Part shown: positions 18,432 through 26,449 of the stretch, piece after piece | How the letters are laid out: every line of letters begins with the position of its first letter | How positions within the stretch are numbered: the first letter of the stretch is position 1 | Origin: a virus | Taxonomy: Duplodnaviria; Heunggongvirae; Uroviricota; Caudoviricetes | IMG/VR virus record: IMGVR_UViG_3300036790_000265 | Span: 1 to 64,000 of that record | DNA length: 64,000 bases | Reading direction: 5' to 3' (one strand) | The notes under the pieces: generated by a model | What the model saw: the letters and a program-made list of their open reading frames with translations, nothing else | The model's database searches: none | What the model was told of the DNA's origin: nothing | Translations under genes and position numbers: made by a program

Positions 18432-19165
18432 TGGCCGACCTCACCCCGGATTTGCTCGTCGTGGAACTCGTCGCCGCAGGACCGGCAGCACCACTGGTCA
18501 TCGACCCACGCGAGCGCACCGCCGCAACTGGGGCACTCGGGGTCAAGGGCGGGCGCATAGTTGAGGCACGCCACGCAGGTAGCCGGGTCGGTGGTGGGGT
18601 CCCCGAGCACACGGGGCTTGATCCGGCCGGCGGTCTCGCACAGCGCGCGGCCGGCCAGGTGGTGACGGCGGGCTGTGCGGGCGTCTATCAGCGGGACGAC
18701 GTGGACGAGCGGGCCGGTGTAGTAGGGGTTGCGGTAGCGGCGGCCTCGCGTGTTCGGGCGGACCTCGACCGGCACCCGACAGTCGGCCAGCGCGGCGTCT
18801 GACCGTTCCTGGTCTGCTCGGCTGCGGGCCTCGCGGCGGGCTTGGGCGTCAGCCTGGCGGGCGGCGTCTTCAGCGCGCCAGGCGACAATGCGGGCCGGGA
18901 GCGGCGGGTCGATACCGGCGCAGTCAGCGAGAAGGAGAAGCTCGGCCTCGGTCGAGTTGATGCGCCGCAGGCCGGTGAAGTGGAAGCCGAGTACGGCGGT
19001 ACACCAGTCGTAGCCACGCTGGGCGACGACCTGCTCCTCGTCGCGGAGATGAGCCGGATTCACAAACCGGCTCTGTTGGCGTGCCTGGGCCAGGAAGGCG
19101 GGGTACTCGGGGTAGGCCGGCTCCGGGTTGGCGCGGAGCGCGTCCAGTTCGGTGAAGGTGGGCAT
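18428..19165 (-). CDS. hypothetical protein with C-terminal zinc ribbon
   Basis: CVACLNY...CPSCGG...CCRSCG at the C terminus. Confidence 0.45.
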   Translation of the reverse strand: MPTFTELDALRANPEPAYPEYPAFLAQARQQSRFVNPAHLRDEEQVVAQRGYDWCTAVLGFHFTGLRRINSTEAELLLLADCAGIDPPLPARIVAWRAEDAARQADAQARREARSRADQERSDAALADCRVPVEVRPNTRGRRYRNPYYTGPLVHVVPLIDARTARRHHLAGRALCETAGRIKPRVLGDPTTDPATCVACLNYAPALDPECPSCGGALAWVDDQWCCRSCGDEFHDEQIRGEVGQ

Positions 19166-19167
19166 CG

Positions 19168-19500
19168 TCAGCACCGCCCGCACATCGGAACACGCTCGGC
19201 GTTGTGCTCGCCGCGGTCGTGAGCCTGGATACGCTCCAGGTTCTTCTGCGCCCAGCCGTTGGCCACGGACTTGCGGCAGCGGAGCAGCGAGGTCTCCCAG
19301 TCCACCTCGATGCGGGTCTCGGCGTGGATGATCGCCCACGGCGTGCCGGGTATCTCCAGGCGCTCGAACAGCCACACGCCATCTGTCGTCTTGGCGGCCC
19401 AGCACTCCTGGTGGGGGGTGAGGCCGCCCGCGCCGCTGCGGATCATGCGCTTGGCCATCCGAGTCTTGATGATCGGCGGGAGCGCGGTCTTGGTGGTCAT
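19168..19500 (-). CDS. hypothetical protein
   Basis: ORF. Confidence 0.4.
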   Translation of the reverse strand: MTTKTALPPIIKTRMAKRMIRSGAGGLTPHQECWAAKTTDGVWLFERLEIPGTPWAIIHAETRIEVDWETSLLRCRKSVANGWAQKNLERIQAHDRGEHNAERVPMCGRC

Positions 19501-19503
19501 CGG

Positions 19504-19734
19504 TCAGCCCTCCTGACCGATCTGCTCGCGGATCCACTGGCGGGCAGCACTGAGGCTGCCGACCTGAATGATGTGGGTGCCGTCGAGTTCGATGTTCGCC
19601 CCACGCGAGGTGTGGGTGCCCTCCCAGTTGGCGAAGGGGTAGACGTCGTAGCCCTCGATCTTCCAGTGCTCAACAACGTCCTCGACCTTGTGCTGGTCCA
19701 GGCCCTTGCCGAGGTCTCGCTTGCTGTTGCTCAT
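19504..19734 (-). CDS. hypothetical protein
   Basis: ORF. Confidence 0.4.
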   Translation of the reverse strand: MSNSKRDLGKGLDQHKVEDVVEHWKIEGYDVYPFANWEGTHTSRGANIELDGTHIIQVGSLSAARQWIREQIGQEG

Positions 19735-19737
19735 CGG

Positions 19738-20016
19738 TCAGGCCTCCGTGGTGTAGTCGGCCTGCTCGGCGCGGTACTGGGCTTCGTCGTCCGGGGTGAG
19801 GGGGGCCGGGCCGGCGAGGACGTTCTCGTAGGCGTTGACGGCGGCCCACCGGTCGAACTGGTTCTCCTCGGTCGTCCAGCCGGTCTCCCCGAGCGCGTCC
19901 ATCAGCAGAGCGGAACCCTCGTCGGCCAGGTCGCCGAAAGGGGCGATCCCGGCGTTGCGGTGCTCGCGGGCGAGGTCGATGGCCCGCTGGGCGAGGGTCT
20001 GGGTGATGGTGGTCAT
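19738..20016 (-). CDS. hypothetical protein
   Basis: ORF immediately downstream of the operator-bearing intergenic region. Confidence 0.4.
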   Translation of the reverse strand: MTTITQTLAQRAIDLAREHRNAGIAPFGDLADEGSALLMDALGETGWTTEENQFDRWAAVNAYENVLAGPAPLTPDDEAQYRAEQADYTTEA

Positions 20017-20035
20017 GGGGGGTGCCTCCCGATCC

Positions 20036-20098
20036 GGTGTATATACACCATCATAGCGGAGGTGTATCGACACAGGCAAGAGGTTCGTATATACACCG
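20036..20098. promoter_or_regulatory. operator-like palindromes (GGTGTATATACACC perfect, plus GTGTATCGACAC and CGTATATACACCG variants) in an intergenic promoter region
   Basis: 14-bp perfect palindrome at 20036-20049; related half-sites nearby; the same motif recurs at about 21.75 kb and 28.86 kb. Confidence 0.5.
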
Positions 20099-20114
20099 TG
20101 GAGATTTCTGCGGA

Positions 20115-20486
20115 TCACTCGACCGCCTCACACGACTTGCAGATCCACCGGTCCGGGTCGTCCAGATCGCGTCGGCAGGTGCGCCGCTCCTCGCAGCACC
20201 AGCAGAGCTGATTGCGCTTCTCCTCCCGCCCCGGCAGCGGCTCAGGCCCAGGCTCGGGCAGTGGGACCGCACCAACGCGCTCGCGGTAGATCGCCCGCAC
20301 CGCCTCGTCCCGCTCAGCCAGCGCCGCCACCAGATCGGCCTCCGAGAGGTCCGTCGCGACCTGCCGGAGCATCGGCCCGAACTCGGCCACACACTGCGGG
20401 CACGGGCTGGCCGGTGAGTCTGACTGGTTCCGGCAGCCGGGGAGTGCACACTCGGCGAACAGAACGAGCTGGCCGACTTCCGTCAT
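20115..20486 (-). CDS. zinc-finger-rich hypothetical protein
   Basis: Multiple CxxC pairs. Confidence 0.4.
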   Translation of the reverse strand: MTEVGQLVLFAECALPGCRNQSDSPASPCPQCVAEFGPMLRQVATDLSEADLVAALAERDEAVRAIYRERVGAVPLPEPGPEPLPGREEKRNQLCWCCEERRTCRRDLDDPDRWICKSCEAVE

Positions 20487-21304
20487 GCTGCACTCCAATC
20501 CAGGCCAAGGGAGTCCTGCTCGCCGACCGTGACAAGCCGCGACAAGAGGTCGGCGCGCCACTGGGAGGCGTAGATCAAACAATTGGCGCAGTTCTTGTGC
20601 GTGTGGCCGGGTAGCGGCGGGTTACGCCGCGCCTCATAGCTCCAGGCCATCGAGTCGGCCGAGATGAGCTTGTGCCCAAACGACCGCAATCCCTGGGTCT
20701 TCACCCCGAACGCGTGCACCGCATACTCGGGGGTCAGGGCCTCGATCAGCATGCTGATCCGCGCGGTCCCCTGCCGCCGGCACACCGACCCGACCCCGAC
20801 AACCGGATAGTCCGCCAGCTTCACCCCGGCCGCGGCGTACAGGTCAGCGCAGCGGAGGTATTCGCCGATCGTCCAGCCCTGCAACACGGGCATGAACGGG
20901 CACTCGCTGTCGCTGTACGCAGGCCAGAGGTTCACGAGCTGGAGGAAGTTCTCAACTGTCCGCCGCTGGTGCTCACCAACGCTCAGGTGGGTACCGGGGC
21001 AGCCCGCGCCGCCCTGGATGATCCACGGCTCGCACATCCAGTCCTGCGGCGCTGCCCACTCCAGGTGCCCGATCTCAGTGTCGTAGCGGGCCACGGCCGC
21101 GCAGTACTCGGCCGGGGTGGTGCGCCACTCCCCGAACTTGGACAGTTCGGTGAAGCCGCCGCTGTCGAGCGCCCAGCCGTGTGTGGACGGCTGGAAGGTC
21201 TTGTAGCGGGACAGCGCGCGGTGGCCAACGAACATCGGGAAGTCGGCGGCGGGGGTCCACAGCCAGTGGGGCTGGTGGGAGCCGAGGTAGAAGTGGCAGG
21301 TCAC
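20483..21304 (-). CDS. TGT-superfamily transglycosylase-like protein (tRNA-guanine transglycosylase / DpdA-like)
   Basis: WALDSGGFTE matches the TGT active-site motif LTDSGGFQV; VVGVGSV matches MGVGKP; CxxC near the C terminus. Confidence 0.5.
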   Translation of the reverse strand: MTCHFYLGSHQPHWLWTPAADFPMFVGHRALSRYKTFQPSTHGWALDSGGFTELSKFGEWRTTPAEYCAAVARYDTEIGHLEWAAPQDWMCEPWIIQGGAGCPGTHLSVGEHQRRTVENFLQLVNLWPAYSDSECPFMPVLQGWTIGEYLRCADLYAAAGVKLADYPVVGVGSVCRRQGTARISMLIEALTPEYAVHAFGVKTQGLRSFGHKLISADSMAWSYEARRNPPLPGHTHKNCANCLIYASQWRADLLSRLVTVGEQDSLGLDWSAA

Positions 21305-21307
21305 CGC

Positions 21308-21718
21308 TCAGCCCTCCTGGGTCTCGCGGTGGGCGCGGGCGAGCCGGCGGGCGTCCACGCGGTTGTCTCCCCAGACGACCCAGCCGCACGTGCAGAGCGC
21401 AGCGGCGGACTTGTCATGCATGGGCCGCCCGCGCTTGTCGAAGTAGCCGGTCTCAGGCATCGGGCAGAAGGTCCGCGTGTTGTGCTCAACGGCCGGGGCG
21501 GCGGGAACAGGCTCAGGGTCGCCGCAGACATGCGATAGGGCCTCCACACTCGCAGGCAGGTCCGCGAGGCAGTCCCCGCAAAACCAGGTGCTGGTGTCCT
21601 CGTCGTAGCAGCGCAGGTCCGAGCGGCCGGTGATGACTTCACGGTCGGCGAGCGTGAGGGGGCGGTCGCTGCATTGGCCTTTGCAAGACCAGTGGTTGTG
21701 TAGCTGGCCAACCGTCAT
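21308..21718 (-). CDS. Cys-rich hypothetical protein
   Basis: Start chosen at the internal Met just downstream of the operator region; the longer ORF form is a GC-frame artefact. Confidence 0.4.
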   Translation of the reverse strand: MTVGQLHNHWSCKGQCSDRPLTLADREVITGRSDLRCYDEDTSTWFCGDCLADLPASVEALSHVCGDPEPVPAAPAVEHNTRTFCPMPETGYFDKRGRPMHDKSAAALCTCGWVVWGDNRVDARRLARAHRETQEG

Positions 21719-21738
21719 GTCCGCTCCATCCTTGCGTT

Positions 21739-21775
21739 GTGTACATACACCATCGTACATTGGTGTAGAGACACC
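21739..21775. promoter_or_regulatory. operator-like palindromes GTGTACATACAC and GGTGTAGAGACACC
   Basis: Same GGTGT...ACACC family as at 20.04 and 28.86 kb, in a divergent intergenic region. Confidence 0.45.
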
Positions 21776-21826
21776 CCACAAGGAGGACAGTTGCACCCCG
21801 TCGATACACCTGCCAGCATCGGGCGT

Positions 21827-22234
21827 ATGCCCAACCAGCCGGCGACCAAGAACAAAGCCTTCCGCGCCCACCACTGGGACGAGTTCGGCGACGCCACCGA
21901 GGCGATGGGCACCAACAGGTCCGTAGTGCTGAACGCCTACATCGCCTACCACCTCGGCCTGCCCGGCGCGATCCTGCCCGACCTGCCACCCGGCCACCCC
22001 GACATGACCGGCGACCAGATACCCCCACCAGTCGAACTCGTCACCGAGCCAGCCATCGAAGCAGGCTTGGAAGCCGTCGAGGGCCAGGCCGCATGGGACA
22101 CCGCCGCGGCGGACCCGTCCGCCCGCCGGCTGCTCGTGCACCTCGCCTTGCAGGCCGCCGCGCCGCTGATCGGCACCGCAGCCCGGACGGTCGCCAGGGC
22201 GCGCCCACGGCGGACGCCTAGCGCCGGCTCCTGA
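21827..22234 (+). CDS. hypothetical protein on the opposite strand (candidate regulator or moron)
   Basis: Lone plus-strand ORF inside the minus-strand array, diverging from the operator region. Confidence 0.35.
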   Translation: MPNQPATKNKAFRAHHWDEFGDATEAMGTNRSVVLNAYIAYHLGLPGAILPDLPPGHPDMTGDQIPPPVELVTEPAIEAGLEAVEGQAAWDTAAADPSARRLLVHLALQAAAPLIGTAARTVARARPRRTPSAGS

Positions 22235-22239
22235 CCGGT

Positions 22240-22578
22240 TCACTGGCGCCCCGTGAGCACGCGCCAGGCTGCCTTTACAGCAGCGGTGATGATCACGCGC
22301 CGGGTGTAGGAGTCGTACCGGGCGAGGTGCCAGCCGCGCATCGTCTGGACCTGCTGGACCGCTGCCTCGACCGCCTCGGCCGGGTCCAGGTTGGCCATCA
22401 GATTGCCGACCACGGTCTCGGCGACAGCGGCGCCGATCCGCATGTCCACCTCACGCTGCCCGTCGTCGAGTTCGTCCCACAGGGCGAGCCAGGACGGTTT
22501 CGGGTCGGGCTGTTCGCTGGCCCAGGTGATCCAGGTGTCGCGGACTAGCCGGCCGAGGGGTTCGCGTGGGTCAGGCAC
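22240..22578 (-). CDS. hypothetical protein
   Basis: GTGCCTGA junction start. Confidence 0.4.
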   Translation of the reverse strand: MPDPREPLGRLVRDTWITWASEQPDPKPSWLALWDELDDGQREVDMRIGAAVAETVVGNLMANLDPAEAVEAAVQQVQTMRGWHLARYDSYTRRVIITAAVKAAWRVLTGRQ

Positions 22579-22972
22579 CGGGCATCCCCTCGATACCCGC
22601 CTGTCTGGCGGCGACCAGTTCGCGGACCGTCATCAGAGACCGCAGCAACCGCGTGTAAACGACCTCGAGGTCGAACACCGGCAGGCCGGCGTCAGTGAAC
22701 TCGATGACCATCTGCTTGGTGTAGACCGAGGCGTCTTCCAGTTCCTCGTACAGGTCCCGCAGCCCGTCCCGCCCATTGTGTGCTTGGAGAGGCAGGTCGT
22801 AGCGTTCGATGCCGAGGGCTTTGCGGGCGGCCAGGTCGGCCGCGATCAGCGGCACCGTCAGGTTGTCGGGGTAGGCGCGCTGGAGGTCTTCGGTCACCAG
22901 GTCGTGCATGACGGGTCCGCTGGTCGGGGTTGGGAGCGGCTGGTCGCCGGGGCGTTGGCGGGTCATCGCCAC
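22571..22972 (-). CDS. hypothetical protein
   Basis: ORF. Confidence 0.4.
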   Translation of the reverse strand: MAMTRQRPGDQPLPTPTSGPVMHDLVTEDLQRAYPDNLTVPLIAADLAARKALGIERYDLPLQAHNGRDGLRDLYEELEDASVYTKQMVIEFTDAGLPVFDLEVVYTRLLRSLMTVRELVAARQAGIEGMPGA

Positions 22973-23331
22973 TCCTCCGTTTCCGCGGCAGCGCCGAGAC
23001 GGTCGAGGGCGTCACGGGGCGCTCTCCACTTGGGAGCCACATGCAGGGCGATCAGGGTCAGCGCGGCCAGCAGGTCACCCTTGCTGACCTCGGTCTTGAC
23101 ACCACCGGGGCCGGGGCATTCCCCTTGCCGGGCGTCGACGTCGGTCACCCAGGGCTCGACCCGGGTACGGCTGATGGGCTGGCGGCAGTCGGCGCACGCC
23201 GCGTTCTGGGTTTCGTCGCTCGGCGGCGCGGCGAACCGGTACGGCACGTGCGGGCGCGTCGGCTGGGGCCACACAAGCACGCGCTCTGGGGCGGCCGCCC
23301 CGAACGGCCAGTGGTATTCGACGTTAGGCAC
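22963..23331 (-). CDS. hypothetical protein
   Basis: ORF. Confidence 0.4.
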   Translation of the reverse strand: MPNVEYHWPFGAAAPERVLVWPQPTRPHVPYRFAAPPSDETQNAACADCRQPISRTRVEPWVTDVDARQGECPGPGGVKTEVSKGDLLAALTLIALHVAPKWRAPRDALDRLGAAAETEEWR

Positions 23332-23334
23332 GGG

Positions 23335-23835
23335 TCATCCCTCCCAGACCCAGAGGCACCAGGCGATGGCAGAGCCGATCGCGAGGACGGCACCGCCAGC
23401 GATGGAGCCGATCAACGCGAGCCACATCAGCGGATGGCGGTCCCAGCCGTGGACGGTGAACACCGCCTCGGGGATCCACACCGCGGCGAGGGCACCCGTC
23501 AGGATCAGGCCGCCGTACCCAGCGCAGCGGAGCCCGTTGGCGTTCCGCCGCCGGCCAGAGTGCTCGACCTGCTGCTCCAGTTCGGGCCCGCACGGGTGCT
23601 CGGGACCGCGCGGCAGATCGGAGACGAGCTCGGCGAGCTGGGTCTCAGTCTTGGCCGCCAGCGCGCGGCCGGTTCGCCGGTTGCACTCGTCTTCGTCGAG
23701 CAGGCCAAGGCCGGTGCAGGCGGTCAGGTAGTCGGTGTAGACGCGGCGCCGGTCGTCCCCGATGCGGGTCTGGCCGGTGAGGATGTCAGGGTCGCCTGGG
23801 CCGCGTGCCGGGAGGGCTGGTGTGGTGTCGGGCAT
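23335..23835 (-). CDS. DUF1707 (SHOCT-like) membrane protein
   Basis: IGDDRRRVYTDYLTACTGLGLLDEDECNRRTGRALAAKTETQLAELVSDLP matches the DUF1707 consensus; C-terminal TM segments. Confidence 0.65.
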   Translation of the reverse strand: MPDTTPALPARGPGDPDILTGQTRIGDDRRRVYTDYLTACTGLGLLDEDECNRRTGRALAAKTETQLAELVSDLPRGPEHPCGPELEQQVEHSGRRRNANGLRCAGYGGLILTGALAAVWIPEAVFTVHGWDRHPLMWLALIGSIAGGAVLAIGSAIAWCLWVWEG

Positions 23836-24353
23836 CAGAACGGCGGCTCTCCCTCGTGCCGGTACTCGGACGCGCCGCCTTCGTCATCGACTTCCGGGCC
23901 CGGATCGTAGCCGTCGCTGTCGTCGTCCTGGTCGACGGCTTTCCACGGGTCGCCGTCGCTGGACGGCCCAGCGGTGATCGCGCGTGGCGATTCGGGCTCT
24001 AGGGGGCGCGGTGGCGTGGCCAGGTGAACGATCCGGCACGCCGGGCCCGGGACCATCTCGGCGATGATCCTGCCGTCCCAGTTGCGGACCACGGCGATTG
24101 GGACGCCGAACCGGGTTTCCTCTGTGATCCAGCCGGTGTTGCTGCGGTAGCCAGGCAGCTCGGTTCGGCCGTAGAAGCCGCCAGGCAGGGGCGCGGGCTC
24201 AGGATCGGTTTCGGCGGCGGAGGTGTCCCAGGACTCGTAGTCAGCAAGCCACTGCCTTGCGGTCTCAGCCAGTTCACCGGCGACGGGCACGCTGTTTATG
24301 TAGGCAGCGGCGGCGCGCAGTAGTCCGGCCTCGGTGCTTTCGGTTGTCGTCAT
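23835..24353 (-). CDS. hypothetical acidic protein
   Basis: ORF. Confidence 0.4.
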   Translation of the reverse strand: MTTTESTEAGLLRAAAAYINSVPVAGELAETARQWLADYESWDTSAAETDPEPAPLPGGFYGRTELPGYRSNTGWITEETRFGVPIAVVRNWDGRIIAEMVPGPACRIVHLATPPRPLEPESPRAITAGPSSDGDPWKAVDQDDDSDGYDPGPEVDDEGGASEYRHEGEPPF

Positions 24354-24426
24354 GATCCATTCCAGGTAGTGGAGGTGTTTCCTGGTGCCCCGGGGGGAAG
24401 GCCGGGGCACCAGGAGGCTGAGCCGG

Positions 24427-25335
24427 TTAGGAGTGAGAGCCGGCGAGGATGGACACACCCGAGCCGCTGGTGCACGACCAGCCCTGCGGGAGGGTGTCGC
24501 CTGCCTGTTCCATCTGCTGGGTGACGTTGATGCAGTTCTGCTCGACCACCGGCCCAGTGAGGTCGTTCTGCTCGGCCTGGTCGGCGATCCGCTGGTCCTG
24601 CGCGGTCTGCTCGTTCTGCGCGGCGACGTTGGTGTTGGCCTTGGCCTTCACGACAGCCGACAACGCAGACTCAACCTGCGGGTCATAGGCGATCTGACCC
24701 GACGACAACGACAGGATGTCCGCCACACCCGCGTACGCGGCGCGCATCGAGGTCCGCACCTGGTCAGTGAGCGTCGAGACCGTGACCCCTCCGCGCTGGC
24801 CCGCGTTGGTCTCCGACACCAGGTTGACCGGGTTGAACGTCTCGAAAACGTTGTTGTAGTACTGGGTGATCACGGCCCGGCTGAAATACGCGTTGCCCAT
24901 CCGTGAAAACGTCCGGTACTCGCGGAACTGGGAATCGGCCCCAGACGGCTTGACCTTCCAGAACACGTTCACATCGAGACACGCGGACTGCTGCCCGGCG
25001 ATGCGGATTTCGAGGCAGTTCTTGCCGGTGAAGCTGGACTGCTGAACGCTGTCGTCCCAGATCGTGACGTCTTTCCAAGGGGCGACGAGGTGGACGCCGG
25101 GGGTGAGGTCACCGTCGACGTGGCCGAACGAGGTGGTGATGCCGACCTCGGACGTGCCGACCGTCGTCCACATCTGCCCGAACAGGATCGACAGGCCTGC
25201 GACCACGATCAGCAGAGGGCCGAAGACCGCGAACGGCCACCGGTAGACTTCGCCGTCCTTGTCGAGCACGACAGCGGTGACTATCCCTGCTACGCCGATC
25301 GCGGCGAGGGCCAGCAGGAAGATGAACAATGCCAT
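24427..25335 (-). CDS. SPFH / band-7 (stomatin-prohibitin) family membrane protein
   Basis: N-terminal TM, then TSEVGITTSFGHVDGDLTPGVHLVAPW and an Ala/Gln-rich coiled coil. Confidence 0.6.
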   Translation of the reverse strand: MALFIFLLALAAIGVAGIVTAVVLDKDGEVYRWPFAVFGPLLIVVAGLSILFGQMWTTVGTSEVGITTSFGHVDGDLTPGVHLVAPWKDVTIWDDSVQQSSFTGKNCLEIRIAGQQSACLDVNVFWKVKPSGADSQFREYRTFSRMGNAYFSRAVITQYYNNVFETFNPVNLVSETNAGQRGGVTVSTLTDQVRTSMRAAYAGVADILSLSSGQIAYDPQVESALSAVVKAKANTNVAAQNEQTAQDQRIADQAEQNDLTGPVVEQNCINVTQQMEQAGDTLPQGWSCTSGSGVSILAGSHS

Positions 25336-25421
25336 CTTTGAGTGGTTCCTTCCTGGGGGTTTCCCGCTGCCCGGATCTGGGCGGCGGTTGTCCCGGCTCG
25401 CCAGGGGCGGCCGGGGAGTCT

Positions 25422-25670
25422 TTAGGCGGTGCGGCGGCTGCTGACGGGGAGGCCATTCGGCAGGAACCGGGCTGGGGAGAAGTCACGCGGCTCGGATCCG
25501 GGGGTGTGCGCGAGCTGCACGAGGGAGATCGCGATCTTGCTGTGGACGTGCCCGTTCGTCACGGCCTGGCCGATCACGGCGCGGACTTCCTGCTCGTCCC
25601 AGTCGGGGCGTTCGCTACGGACGTAGGCGACGAGGAGATCGGTGGTGCTCGCGGTCGTGGTCTCGCTCAT
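25422..25670 (-). CDS. hypothetical protein
   Basis: ORF. Confidence 0.4.
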   Translation of the reverse strand: MSETTTASTTDLLVAYVRSERPDWDEQEVRAVIGQAVTNGHVHSKIAISLVQLAHTPGSEPRDFSPARFLPNGLPVSSRRTA

Positions 25671-26449
25671 GCCGCTGACCCAACTTCCGGCTCCGGCAGG
25701 CGCTCCCCCGACGATGTGACCTCGTACAGCACTTCACAGGAGCGGACCTTGACCTTCGTGTTGTCCAGCACGACCACGTCGGCCAGCGCCACCCGGCAGG
25801 CCAGGTAACGCTTTGACGGGGTGTACAGGTAGGACCCGGCGATGCGCGGGTACGGGCTGAGATGAAGGCCGTACCCGCACTCGGTAACCGCACGGAAGTC
25901 AGGTGCCGTGACGGTCTCGCCGATCGGGTACCGCATGCCGTGGCCGGAGACCAGGTTCTCGTCCACGGCCTTGAACAAGGTCATGTGACCGTCCTCAACG
26001 GGGATGCCCTCGAACTCAGCCCACTCAGCAGGGCTCACGGTCTCGGGCACCCGGATGATCTGGCCACCAGTGATCTTCGGCCGGTTCGTGTGCTGGTAGA
26101 CGGTCGCGTACTTCGCGGCGGTGACGGTGCCGTCGTAGGCGTGGACGACTGCGGTGCCTACGGCATGCACGCTGCCGGAGCCGGTCACCCGCCCCACGCT
26201 GCCGGAGCCGTCCACCCACTCCACGCGGCCGGAGCCGTCCACCCACTCCACGCGGCCGGAGCCGGTCACCCACCCCACGCGGCCGGAGCCGGTCACCCGC
26301 CCCACGCGGCCGGAGCTGATTTCCCTGACGTATCCGGTCACGATGTGCAGGCATGCGCCCGGGTCGTTCTTGTGCTGGTCGTACTCGGTTTGGTTGTGGA
26401 TTTCGATGCAATTCACGCTGAGAGTTCCTTCGTTTTCGAGGGGTGACAT
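25667..26449 (-). CDS. hypothetical protein with nonapeptide tandem repeats (SGRV[GE][RW]V[TD]G x6)
   Basis: ORF; internal 27-bp DNA tandem repeats. Confidence 0.5.
   Translation of the reverse strand: MSPLENEGTLSVNCIEIHNQTEYDQHKNDPGACLHIVTGYVREISSGRVGRVTGSGRVGWVTGSGRVEWVDGSGRVEWVDGSGSVGRVTGSGSVHAVGTAVVHAYDGTVTAAKYATVYQHTNRPKITGGQIIRVPETVSPAEWAEFEGIPVEDGHMTLFKAVDENLVSGHGMRYPIGETVTAPDFRAVTECGYGLHLSPYPRIAGSYLYTPSKRYLACRVALADVVVLDNTKVKVRSCEVLYEVTSSGERLPEPEVGSAA
26174..26320. repeat. 27-bp direct tandem repeat, about 5.5 copies (gccggagccgKYcacccRcYccacgcK), in-frame inside the CDS
   Basis: Read directly from sequence. Confidence 0.85.

Noticed and set aside
21308-22243. 311-aa ORF extending across the operator region and the opposite-strand gene
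   Set aside because: The N-terminal two thirds are Gly/Arg/Val-rich nonsense antisense to 21827-22234. The true start is taken at the internal Met (21718), directly downstream of the palindromes.
26174-26320. Possible CRISPR array
   Set aside because: The repeats are contiguous, with no spacers. They are in-frame within a CDS and have no leader or cas genes. It is a coding tandem repeat.
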